IMG/VR virus record: IMGVR_UViG_3300028920_000027 | Coordinates: 32,001 to 96,000 of that record | Strand: one strand, 5' to 3' | Length of the DNA stretch: 64,000 nucleotides | From: a virus | Shown: one piece after another, positions 55,044-61,713 of the stretch | How the letters are laid out: the number at the start of each line of letters is the position of its first letter | Numbering within the stretch: position 1 is the stretch's first letter | Position numbers and translations under genes: made by a program | Notes under the pieces: model-generated | Databases searched by the model: none | The model's input: only the letters and a program-made list of their open reading frames with translations | Told to the model about the DNA's origin: nothing

Positions 55044-55131
55044 TGGCGGAAGGTGGAGGAGTCGAACCCCTGCGCCTCTCGACACACCCCGGTGTTCGAG
55101 ACCGGTTGCCCACCACTGAGCGGCACCTTCC
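55044..55131 (-). tRNA. tRNA-Ser(CGA)
   Basis: Anticodon arm CCGGT-CTCGAAC-ACCGG, long variable arm, CCA. Confidence 0.9.
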
Positions 55132-55168
55132 AAGGGGAAAGACAGGACAGATTCTCTGGAGTGGAAAT

Positions 55169-55239
55169 TGGAGCCTCCGCGCGGAATCGAACCGCGACTA
55201 GCTGAGTACGAAACAGCCGTCTGACCATTCAGCAGAGGC
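55169..55239 (-). tRNA. tRNA-Thr(CGT)
   Basis: GCTGT-TTCGTAC-TCAGC, GCC acceptor start, CCA. Confidence 0.75.
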
Positions 55240-55241
55240 AA

Positions 55242-55317
55242 GGGTCCCCACCGGAGGAGTCGAACCTCGTCAACGGCCTTCGGAGGGCCGTGCTCGGAAT
55301 CCGCCGAGGCGGTGGGG
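55242..55317 (-). tRNA. tRNA-Arg(CCG), atypical D-arm
   Basis: CGGCC-CTCCGAA-GGCCG; 5-bp D-stem. Confidence 0.8.
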
Positions 55318-55377
55318 TTATAAACTGTCCTTCCAAAGAGGAGCTGGATACCCCGGGTAGAGGCAGCTGGAGCGGTG

Positions 55378-55452
55378 TGGTACCCCCGTGAGGATTCGAA
55401 CCCCTTGCACCGGACTAGAAAACCGGCTCCCCTTCCATCGGGTAACGGAGGC
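55378..55452 (-). tRNA. tRNA-Arg(TCT)
   Basis: CCGGT-TTTCTAG-TCCGG, CCA. Confidence 0.8.
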
Positions 55453-55455
55453 AAA

Positions 55456-55539
55456 CGGAGGAAGGTAGAGGACTCGAACCCCTGCGCTTTCACGCACCCC
55501 GGCTTTCAAAGCCAGTTCGCCGCCTTGGCGGTACCTTCC
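55456..55539 (-). tRNA. tRNA-Ser(TGA)
   Basis: CTGGC-TTTGAAA-GCCGG, long variable arm. Confidence 0.88.
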
Positions 55540-55543
55540 AGGT

Positions 55544-55630
55544 TGGCGGAAGACGGAGGAATCGAACCCCTCACCCTTGCGGGTGCAGCCGCTTTCCAGG
55601 CGGACCAGGCGCCTTGCCTGTTCATCTTCC
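55544..55630 (-). tRNA. tRNA-Ser(GGA)
   Basis: CCGC-CTGGAAA-GCGG, long variable arm, CCA. Confidence 0.9.
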
Positions 55631-55633
55631 AGA

Positions 55634-55710
55634 TGGTCTGGGTGAGAGGACTTGAACCTCCAACAACCGGCACCCAAAGCCGGTCCTCTACCAGGTTGAG
55701 GTACACCCAG
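55634..55710 (-). tRNA. tRNA-Pro(TGG)
   Basis: CCGGC-TTTGGGT-GCCGG, CCA. Confidence 0.92.
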
Positions 55711-55713
55711 ATG

Positions 55714-55790
55714 TGGCTCCCCAGGCAGGACTCGAACCTGCAACCAGTCGGTTAACAGCCGACCGCTCTGCCAAATTGAGCTACCGGGGA
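55714..55790 (-). tRNA. tRNA-Asn(GTT)
   Basis: GTCGG-CTGTTAA-CCGAC, CCA. Confidence 0.93.
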
Positions 55791-55796
55791 ATGAAT

Positions 55797-55941
55797 TGGC
55801 CTCCCGCCGGGACTTGAACCCGGTAACGGAGCCCGTTCGAGCTGACTCGGGGCCGCACCGTGGGCCCACGGTACAGCCTAACCCTTACCCTCTCGAATGG
55901 CGTCCCCGTCAGAGCCGGCTCTTGTGAGCTGCCATGGCAGG
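55797..55941 (-). ncRNA. About 145-nt tRNA-like structured RNA (T-arm + CCA, no canonical anticodon arm)
   Basis: 3' end CCGGG-TTCAAGT-CCCGG...GGCCA; internal long hairpins. Confidence 0.55.
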
Positions 55942-55945
55942 GTAG

Positions 55946-56019
55946 TAGGGGCCGGGGGAATCGAACCCACCCTTCGTCTGCTTGTAAAACAGCTGCCGTC
56001 ACCAGACAGCACGACCCCC
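55946..56019 (-). tRNA. tRNA-Val(TAC)
   Basis: CTGT-TTTACAA-GCAG; T1:T72 mismatch. Confidence 0.75.
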
Positions 56020-56024
56020 AGAGG

Positions 56025-56126
56025 CTAGTAGCCCCCGAAGTGCAGCCCGATCAACACGACCGTCACGATGAACGGGATGAGTGAGAAACCGGCAATGAAG
56101 CCTTGCAGCCTGAGGTGGTAGTCCAT
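56025..56126 (-). CDS. 33-aa single-TM micro-protein
   Basis: MDYHLRLQGFIAGFSLIPFIVTVVLIGLHFGGY with GAGG RBS. Confidence 0.5.
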   Translation of the reverse strand: MDYHLRLQGFIAGFSLIPFIVTVVLIGLHFGGY

Positions 56127-56173
56127 GCCTCAAGAGTAAAGGATTCGAGCGTCTGTGACAAGGGTGTGACAGG

Positions 56174-56644
56174 CTATTTACGGCTGGGTGTCAGTGACCG
56201 AACCGTCGATCCGCAAGCGCCGAGAAGTGTAGGGGAAACGTCGCCGATCTCGACAGTAGTGCGGTCGTTGTAGACCCGCTCGAAGGTGTCCTTGTCGGCC
56301 TCGGTCAAGAGTTCCAAGAGGTCCACGTTGGCGGAGCCCAACTCGCCCTCTTGTACAGCAAGGTCCGCATAAACCTTGACGTTGCCGTTGCCTACCTCGT
56401 ACCTGATGTCGGCTGTCCACCCCTTGGCCTCGATCTCGACTCGGGCAGGCCCGAGTCGCCCACTTCTCACGGGGCGGGCCTTGATGTTGAAGCGGCCCCA
56501 CCCGCCGCTGGCGCGTGACCAGTACTGCGCCGTCGCCTCAGCAACCTCGTCCAGCCACAGAGTCTGGGCCTGCGCCAGGTTCGGGAGCGACCCCGCCGTC
56601 TTCCGGATCTGGTACTGCTGGACAACGCGCTGCTCAGTGGTCAT
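56174..56644 (-). CDS. Hypothetical protein with N-terminal RVVQQY...RKTAG motif
   Basis: Start refined to ATG 56644, 13 nt after CTTGTG. Confidence 0.7.
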   Translation of the reverse strand: MTTEQRVVQQYQIRKTAGSLPNLAQAQTLWLDEVAEATAQYWSRASGGWGRFNIKARPVRSGRLGPARVEIEAKGWTADIRYEVGNGNVKVYADLAVQEGELGSANVDLLELLTEADKDTFERVYNDRTTVEIGDVSPTLLGACGSTVRSLTPSRK

Positions 56645-56660
56645 GTCATAGTCAGCGCAC

Positions 56661-56691
<31 letters not shown>

Positions 56692-56693
56692 GT

Positions 56694-56765
56694 CGGTGCT
56701 GGCGAGTGGACTCGAACCACAGCCGCAGGACATATGAAATCCCCGTACCGCCTTGGTACACCAGC
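56694..56765 (-). tRNA. tRNA-Met or Ile2 (CAT), elongator type
   Basis: GGGAT-TTCATAT-GTCCT; paired G1-C72. Confidence 0.75.
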
Positions 56766-56962
56766 AAAATGGTGACCTCACTTGGTGTGAGGTCCAGTGT
56801 GAATTACTGGGATCGTATCAACCACCCCATGGGCGCACTTGGCGACTACGGTACCGTCAATACCGAGAGTATGACCTCGCAGATCAATACCGACAGCAGA
56901 TTGAGTACTGGCAATCTGCGGGCACCCACTGGTACACTAGTTCGTTCTATTTGCCCGAAAAA

Positions 56963-57038
56963 TGGTGACCCTGGGGGGAGTTGAACCCACCTCTTCCCGG
57001 GTGAAAACCGGGGCGCCTAACCGTTAGCAGACAGGGCC
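56963..57038 (-). tRNA. tRNA-Glu(TTC)
   Basis: CCCGG-TTTTCAC-CCGGG, CCA. Confidence 0.88.
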
Positions 57039-57040
57039 GT

Positions 57041-57113
57041 TGGAGCCAGCGGGGGGAGTCGAACCCGCCGTCGTCACCCATACCAAGGGTGCGCCTCGCC
57101 GTGAGTCGCTGGC
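57041..57113 (-). tRNA. tRNA-Thr(GGT)
   Basis: CACCC-TTGGTAT-GGGTG, CCA. Confidence 0.85.
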
Positions 57114-57171
57114 AAACGGTGTACAAGGTTTGAAGATCCGAAGCTGCACCAAGGCTGGAACCCTGACATCC

Positions 57172-57247
57172 TAGTGACCCCACCGGGACTTGAACCCGGA
57201 TTTCCTGAGTGAGAGTCAGGTTGCCTCGCCAGTTAGCAGATGGGGCC
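57172..57247 (-). tRNA. tRNA-Glu(CTC)
   Basis: CCTGA-CTCTCAC-TCAGG. Confidence 0.9.
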
Positions 57248-57351
57248 AGTTTGCGACGCCCGAGCAAGCTCGGGGCCGCCCACACCCCCTGGTGATCAAG
57301 CAGGGGGCTTGTGTGACGCAGACCATTTGGTTTACTCCCGTCTGCGAGGGG

Positions 57352-57426
57352 TGGAGCGAGTGACGGGAATCGAACCCGCCAGGACTGCGTTGGCAACGCA
57401 GTTCTCCACCTTGGAGAATCACTCGC
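57352..57426 (-). tRNA. tRNA-Gly(GCC)
   Basis: CTGCG-TTGCCAA-CGCAG, CCA. Confidence 0.9.
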
Positions 57427-57482
57427 AGAAGTTCTCGGCAGCCGTTACTGCTACCACGGTCGCCTGTTCGAATTCTTTTAAA

Positions 57483-57689
57483 TCATGCTGTCGGGTCGGA
57501 GGGTAGACGAGCCGCTTCCGATTCCAAGCCCACCGCCAACAAGCTCAGCGCGTCGCGCAGGGCCCTATCCAGACGGTCGTCGTAGGTGATTTCCCAGGTG
57601 CCCTCTTGAGTCAAAATCTCGATGTGACTCATCGTGGACCGGTTCGACACGCGAAAGGTGTTGCCCCGAAAGGTGCAGTAGCCATACAT
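57483..57689 (-). CDS. Small hypothetical protein (68 aa), probably leaderless
   Basis: GGTGTATAGT 5 nt upstream of ATG 57689. Confidence 0.5.
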   Translation of the reverse strand: MYGYCTFRGNTFRVSNRSTMSHIEILTQEGTWEITYDDRLDRALRDALSLLAVGLESEAARLPSDPTA

Positions 57690-57706
57690 GAGAAACTATA
57701 CACCGT

Positions 57707-57776
57707 TGGGGTGTCGCGGGGAATCGAACCCCTCAACTCGGGTCACAGCCGAGTTCGCTCCCAGAGCTACGACACC
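57707..57776 (-). tRNA. tRNA-His(GTG)
   Basis: CTCGG-CTGTGAC-CCGAG, G-1:C73, short D-loop, CCA. Confidence 0.88.
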
Positions 57777-57822
57777 ATTCGCACCAGCCGGTAGACGTGT
57801 TCTCGACGAATCGAGAATCGCT

Positions 57823-57910
57823 CAGCGGAAGGCGAGGGAATCGAACCCCTTAGCCCTTACGGACTACACTGGGTAGCGACCAGCTCCAGCACCATGCTGG
57901 ATCACCTTCC
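57823..57910 (-). tRNA. tRNA-Ser(GCT), copy 1
   Basis: GCTGG-TCGCTAC-CCAGT, long variable arm. Confidence 0.82.
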
Positions 57911-57946
57911 AAGAGTCATTTGCTGTCTAACGGTGTAAAAAACTCC

Positions 57947-58219
57947 ATGGCACTCAGTAACAAGAGGCGACAACACGCCCTGCTGTCAGGCGAAGCATGG
58001 GCCAAGGGAATGCTCAAGATCTTCATCGAGGACCCGAGTTACTTCCCGAAAGGTGCCGAGTCACTCTACGACTTTGTACCCAGAGCGGCTCGATCACACC
58101 TAGCCATGAATTGCACCCACAAACCCAGTCAAGAAGAAGAAGACCTGGCTCAAAAAGGTGCAGCCGATCTGATCCGGCTGGCTCTCGACTTCGCCGAAAA
58201 GGTGCCGGAGAATCCTTGA
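57947..58219 (+). CDS. Hypothetical protein antisense to the tRNA array (90 aa)
   Basis: GGTGTAAAAA 5 nt upstream of ATG 57947. Confidence 0.65.
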   Translation: MALSNKRRQHALLSGEAWAKGMLKIFIEDPSYFPKGAESLYDFVPRAARSHLAMNCTHKPSQEEEDLAQKGAADLIRLALDFAEKVPENP

Positions 58220-58292
58220 GCAGAGAGCAGGGGTCTCGATCCCCAGGGCTTCTCGACCCCGAATCGCTTTCCAAGCGGACCCGGCACGATGA

Positions 58293-58308
58293 TGTCTCAC
58301 GTGAAATA
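58293..58308. promoter_or_regulatory. parS-like palindrome 1
   Basis: TGTCTCACGTGAAATA, 14/16 match to TGTTTCACGTGAAACA. Confidence 0.5.
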
Positions 58309-58309
58309 T

Positions 58310-58385
58310 CGGCCCCCACCGGAGGAGTCGAACCTCGTCAGCCGGTTTAGGAAACCAGCGCCCGGAATCCGCCGAGGCGGTGGGG
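58310..58385 (-). tRNA. tRNA-Arg(CCT), atypical D-arm
   Basis: CTGGT-TTCCTAA-ACCGG; body nearly identical to Arg(CCG). Confidence 0.8.
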
Positions 58386-58388
58386 GAG

Positions 58389-58474
58389 TTGCGGAAGGCG
58401 GAGGAATCGAACCCCATGGCCGTAAGACCACTTCGGGTAGCAGCCGAGCCCAGCACCTTGCTGGTTCGCCTTCC
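58389..58474 (-). tRNA. tRNA-Ser(GCT), copy 2
   Basis: CTCGG-CTGCTAC-CCGAA, long variable arm. Confidence 0.85.
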
Positions 58475-58530
58475 AAGGGTTTCGGACGGGCCCGAAACCA
58501 AGAATCTGCTTGTGCCCTCGCTGAGGCACC

Positions 58531-58863
58531 ATGTACTCCTACGATCGACGTACCGCCTCCCGTCACGGCCCCGTGGGGGAGATTCTGATGAAGCGCTGGA
58601 ACATTCTCCACGACCTCGACCGCGAGCTGCAAGACGCGAGTCAGGAGTATGACGTGGCGGCCTCCTACAAGGGCAAGCCGGGGGAGAAGGGCGCCGAAAA
58701 GGTGATGGAAGCCATCAAGAAGGTCCGTGAGGCCATCTCCAACCTCGCCGACAGTGGCAAGGACTTCGACAAACTCCTCGAAGCCGAGACCAAGTTCGTC
58801 AAACAGCATGGCTCACCTGGCGACTACGCTCAGGCCCAGCGCGACGCGATCTACCCGCTGTAG
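58531..58863 (+). CDS. Helical protein with N-terminal YDRRTAS motif (110 aa)
   Basis: ATCTGCTTGTG 16 nt upstream; GAGG RBS. Confidence 0.75.
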   Translation: MYSYDRRTASRHGPVGEILMKRWNILHDLDRELQDASQEYDVAASYKGKPGEKGAEKVMEAIKKVREAISNLADSGKDFDKLLEAETKFVKQHGSPGDYAQAQRDAIYPL

Positions 58864-58934
58864 TGGAATCGGGGGGACTCGAACCCCCATCTCTGGCTTG
58901 CGACACCAGCGTCTTCCCGTTGGACGACGACCCC
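58861..58934 (-). tRNA. tRNA-Ala(CGC), copy 1
   Basis: CTGGT-GTCGCAA-GCCAG; G3:U70. Confidence 0.85.
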
Positions 58935-58935
58935 T

Positions 58936-59010
58936 TAGAGCCGGCGAGCGGAATCGAACCGCAACCCTGAGGTTTACAAAACCCCCGCTCCTCCTTGGAG
59001 CTGCACCGGC
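58936..59010 (-). tRNA. tRNA-Thr(TGT)
   Basis: GGGGT-TTTGTAA-ACCTC. Confidence 0.88.
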
Positions 59011-59174
59011 ATTCTCCCGGACCACCCAGAGCCTGCAATGGGGACCGGGGCGACGTCTCGTGCCAGACGCCCTCCTGTATGCAGGAAGGAGGGTCCGAAA
59101 GGTCACGTACATGGTCGCACGCCTTGAAGTAATCAGGTCCCAGGCAGCTACCCCCGGGTTGATAGCTCATGGCG

Positions 59175-59251
59175 TGGTACGGGGCGTGGGGATCGAACCC
59201 ACCAGGAACCTGCTTGTCGAGCAGGTGTGTTCACCAGCTCACTCGCCCCGC
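59175..59251 (-). tRNA. tRNA-Val(GAC)
   Basis: CCTGC-TCGACAA-GCAGG, CCA. Confidence 0.82.
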
Positions 59252-59260
59252 ATCTAGACA

Positions 59261-59276
59261 CATTTCACGTGAAACG
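59261..59276. promoter_or_regulatory. parS-like palindrome 2
   Basis: CATTTCACGTGAAACG, 13/16 match with a perfect core TTTCACGTGAAA. Confidence 0.5.
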
Positions 59277-59323
59277 TTCAGTTGCGTGGTTCAGACAACC
59301 TACCGAAGGCCAACCTGAACCCG

Positions 59324-59395
59324 TGGTGGAACTGCCGGGTAACGCTCCCGGTTACCCTGGTTGCGACCCAGGGTCCCTGCCTTCAGGACAGCCCC
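59324..59395 (-). tRNA. tRNA-Ala(CGC), copy 2, non-canonical T-loop
   Basis: CCTGG-GTCGCAA-CCAGG; G3:U70; T-loop AGCGTTA; CCA. Confidence 0.7.
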
Positions 59396-59424
59396 GAAGA
59401 ACGCCTTCCCAAGGATGAGGGTTG

Positions 59425-59502
59425 TAGTCAGGATGGCCGGAATCGAACCGGCGGTCTCCGCACCCCCAGTGCGGCGCTCTAGCCAAACTGAGCCACACCC
59501 TG
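59425..59502 (-). tRNA. tRNA-Pro(GGG)
   Basis: CCGCA-CTGGGGG-TGCGG. Confidence 0.92.
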
Positions 59503-60088
59503 AATCTTGTGCCAAGCCTCCAAAGTTGAAGGCTTGAATGAAACGTACCTGCCGTTGCTGCCGATGTCCTCCCAGGTGAAGACGTGTACCTCGTCCAGCA
59601 ACAGGTCGTAGCCGACTAGTAGGTCAAAGTCGGAAGGCTCGTAGTGGCGGCGACCTTGGCGCTTACTGGATGGGGGGCCCCTGCCTATGACGGGCAGCCC
59701 ACTTTACCTGGAGCCTGACTACGCGCGCATCTTCTAGCTCGATGAGCCAGTCGCTGCGGCTCCCCTCGAACACTGAGCGTAAGGGAGTGTACCCTAAGAC
59801 CACCAGCCGAAACAACACCGCCGCCTCCGCGATGCGACCCTTGTGTTCGGAAGTCAACCCGCCCGCCATCAGGTAGTACTTGGAAGGGCTGATTACCCGG
59901 GACGGTTTTGGCTTGTTAGTTGCCTGTCGAGACCTCAACTCGCTAGCCGTCAGAGGGTACTCCTTGAGCCAGAGGGACAGCGAGCCTTTTGCGGCTCCTG
60001 TAAGGTCGTGAATCTCGCGCAAGGAGCGTCGCTCCTCGACTCTCAACCGCACACATTCAGCCCTCAACCCGTCGTTACGCTTTGTCAT
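59479..60088 (-). pseudogene. Frameshifted HTH + PD-(D/E)XK endonuclease (group I intron-like family)
   Basis: KGRIAEAAVLFRL...SDWL...RLQVKW, then +1 frame GLPVI...HYEPSDFDLLVGYDL...WHKI; break near 59700. Confidence 0.75.
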
Positions 60089-60121
60089 AGGTTCATTGAA
60101 CCATATCTGGGTTCGTAGAGC

Positions 60122-60196
60122 TGGTCGGAGACCCGGGGATCGAACCCGGCGAGTCTTGGTCCCGAACCAAGCGGCACACCCTGCGCCTTGTCTCCG
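60122..60196 (-). tRNA. tRNA-Pro(CGG)
   Basis: CTTGG-TTCGGGA-CCAAG, CCA. Confidence 0.85.
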
Positions 60197-60197
60197 T

Positions 60198-60274
60198 TGG
60201 ACCCCACCGGAGGAGTCGAACCTCGACAACGGGTTTCGTAGACCCGTGCCCGGTAATCCGCCGGGTCAGTGGGG
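60198..60274 (-). tRNA. tRNA-Arg(ACG), atypical D-arm
   Basis: CGGGT-CTACGAA-ACCCG; 5-bp D-stem; CCA. Confidence 0.82.
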
Positions 60275-60291
60275 ATGGACTTCAGTTGGAG

Positions 60292-60375
60292 TTGTAGGCC
60301 GCGTGAGAATCGAACTCCAAGCCAAAACGCTCATAAGACGCCCGGATGCGACCAGCACCCTGAAGGACGCGGCCC
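60292..60375 (-). tRNA. tRNA-Ile(TAT) with extra 8-nt insertion before the D-arm
   Basis: GGCGT-CTTATGA-GCGTT; insert CCTTCAGG; weak T-stem. Confidence 0.6.
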
Positions 60376-60379
60376 AGAT

Positions 60380-60455
60380 CAGTACTCGGGAGAGGAGTCG
60401 AACCTCCACTGGTCGGCTTCTAAAACCGATGTCTCTGCCGTTGGACTACCCGAGC
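60380..60455 (-). tRNA. tRNA-Leu(TAG), short variable loop
   Basis: TCGGT-TTTAGAA-GCCGA; 5-nt variable loop. Confidence 0.85.
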
Positions 60456-60456
60456 G

Positions 60457-60532
60457 TGGTAGGGGCGGAGGGAGTCGAACCCTCACTGGCCGCGTTTTAA
60501 GGGCGGTGTCTCTGCCGTTGGACTACACCCCC
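60457..60532 (-). tRNA. tRNA-Leu(TAA), short variable loop
   Basis: CCGCC-CTTAAAA-CGCGG; 5-nt variable loop; CCA. Confidence 0.82.
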
Positions 60533-60533
60533 G

Positions 60534-60605
60534 CACCCCAAGAAGGAATCGAACCCTCATCCTCGGTTCCGAAGACCGATGCTCTATCCGTTGAGCTACT
60601 GGGGC
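60534..60605 (-). tRNA. tRNA-Arg(TCG)
   Basis: TCGGT-CTTCGGA-ACCGA; canonical D-arm. Confidence 0.9.
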
Positions 60606-60612
60606 AAGGTTT

Positions 60613-60700
60613 TGGTGCTCGCAGCAGGACTTGAACCTGCACGTCCACAAGGAACACTGGAGTTTGAAACCAGGATGTCTGCCAATTCCATCATGCGAGC
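60613..60700 (-). tRNA. tRNA-Leu(CAA)
   Basis: CTGGT-TTCAAAC-TCCAG, long variable arm, CCA. Confidence 0.9.
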
Positions 60701-60701
60701 A

Positions 60702-60791
60702 TGGTGCCGAGGACAGGAGTCGAACCTGCACGCCCCTTCAAAGAGCACCTGGACCTGAACCAGGCGTGGCTGCCATTTACACCACCTCGGC
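60702..60791 (-). tRNA. tRNA-Leu(CAG)
   Basis: CCTGG-TTCAGGT-CCAGG, long variable arm, CCA. Confidence 0.92.
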
Positions 60792-60853
60792 AAGTAGCGT
60801 CACACTGTCCCTGGACGACTGCTGGACCATTCCAACGACACCGCCGCGTGACG

Positions 60854-60939
60854 CAGTGCTAGGAGCGGGACTTGAACCCGCACGCCCACAAGGAGCACAG
60901 CTTCTCAAGCTGCCGTGTATGCCATTCCACCACCCTAGC
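60854..60939 (-). tRNA. tRNA-Leu(GAG)
   Basis: CAGC-TTGAGAA-GCTG, long variable arm. Confidence 0.9.
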
Positions 60940-60942
60940 AAA

Positions 60943-61006
60943 GCTCAGTTGCAGGGAATCGAACCACCCGGGCACCGACGTCGCTTGCCATTACGCCAAA
61001 CTGAGC
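60943..61006 (-). ncRNA. tRNA-like element lacking an anticodon arm (64 nt)
   Basis: 8-bp acceptor GCTCAGTT/AACTGAGC, D-like GCGTAATGGCAAGC, T-loop TTCGATT; no anticodon stem-loop. Confidence 0.55.
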
Positions 61007-61079
61007 GGTGGAATCGGAGGGAATCGAACCCTCATTACAGGTCTGCCAGACCCGTGTCTTCCCGTTAGACGACGACCCC
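61006..61079 (-). tRNA. tRNA-Ala(GGC)
   Basis: CGGGT-CTGGCAG-ACCTG; G3:U70. Confidence 0.9.
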
Positions 61080-61141
61080 AAGTTGAAGGCGGCGCTACCC
61101 TCGCTCTTACATAACCACCGTACAGATGGCGTAGCCTTCAC

Positions 61142-61216
61142 CAGCTCCGGGCCTAGGGATCGAACCTAGCTCAATGGGGTCAAAGCCCACCGTCCTCACC
61201 AGAAGACCAACCCGGA
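61142..61216 (-). tRNA. tRNA-Gln(TTG)
   Basis: GTGGG-CTTTGAC-CCCAT; U1-A72, G73. Confidence 0.88.
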
Positions 61217-61318
61217 ATAGTACCCCCTGTACGGGGGTGTAATCTTGAATTTTCTCAGTGCATCCTCGTGTGATCCTTGGGACTCGACACAACATCCTGA
61301 GCACTACACCTTGGGAGC

Positions 61319-61570
61319 ATGTACATTCACAGAAAGACCCCCCTCGAACGCTTCATCACCTACGACGCGGCCCGCACCGGCTGCACCTACGACGCGGCCA
61401 GGCAGCGCCTTGAGCAAGCTGGGTTTGACCTCAACCGAAGAAGCTGGGAGATGGTCTTGAAGTACTATCTCCCCCTTCTCCAAGAAGACCCCTCGCTGCT
61501 GGAGGAGTTCGTCTACCGCCCGCCGACCTTCGCGCGGCTTCGAGAACTACGAGTCAGGCTGGCAGCATGA
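61319..61570 (+). CDS. Hypothetical protein (83 aa) with TYDAAR duplication
   Basis: GGGAG RBS; GGTGTAATCT upstream at 61236. Confidence 0.65.
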   Translation: MYIHRKTPLERFITYDAARTGCTYDAARQRLEQAGFDLNRRSWEMVLKYYLPLLQEDPSLLEEFVYRPPTFARLRELRVRLAA

Positions 61571-61636
61571 ACCGCGGGAGTGCCTCCGGTTGACTAGACC
61601 GTTGGCTGTGCCGGGCAGCCACCCCCAGCACCTCCC

Positions 61637-61712
61637 TGGTGCGAGCAGCGGGAATCGAACCCGCGTCTGCGGCTTGGGAAGCCGCCGTCCTGGCCAACTG
61701 AACGACGCTCGC
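61637..61712 (-). tRNA. tRNA-Gly(CCC)
   Basis: GCGGC-TTCCCAA-GCCGC, CCA. Confidence 0.92.
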
Positions 61713-61713
61713 G

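Noticed and set aside
55456-55539. tRNA with TGA anticodon as selenocysteine or opal suppressor
   Set aside because: Anticodon 5'-TGA-3' reads TCA (Ser); tRNA-Sec would have TCA. The body is a standard Ser type.
55797-55941. tmRNA
   Set aside because: No G3:U70 alanine acceptor, no ACCA end, no tag reading frame, and too short; kept as an unassigned tRNA-like RNA.
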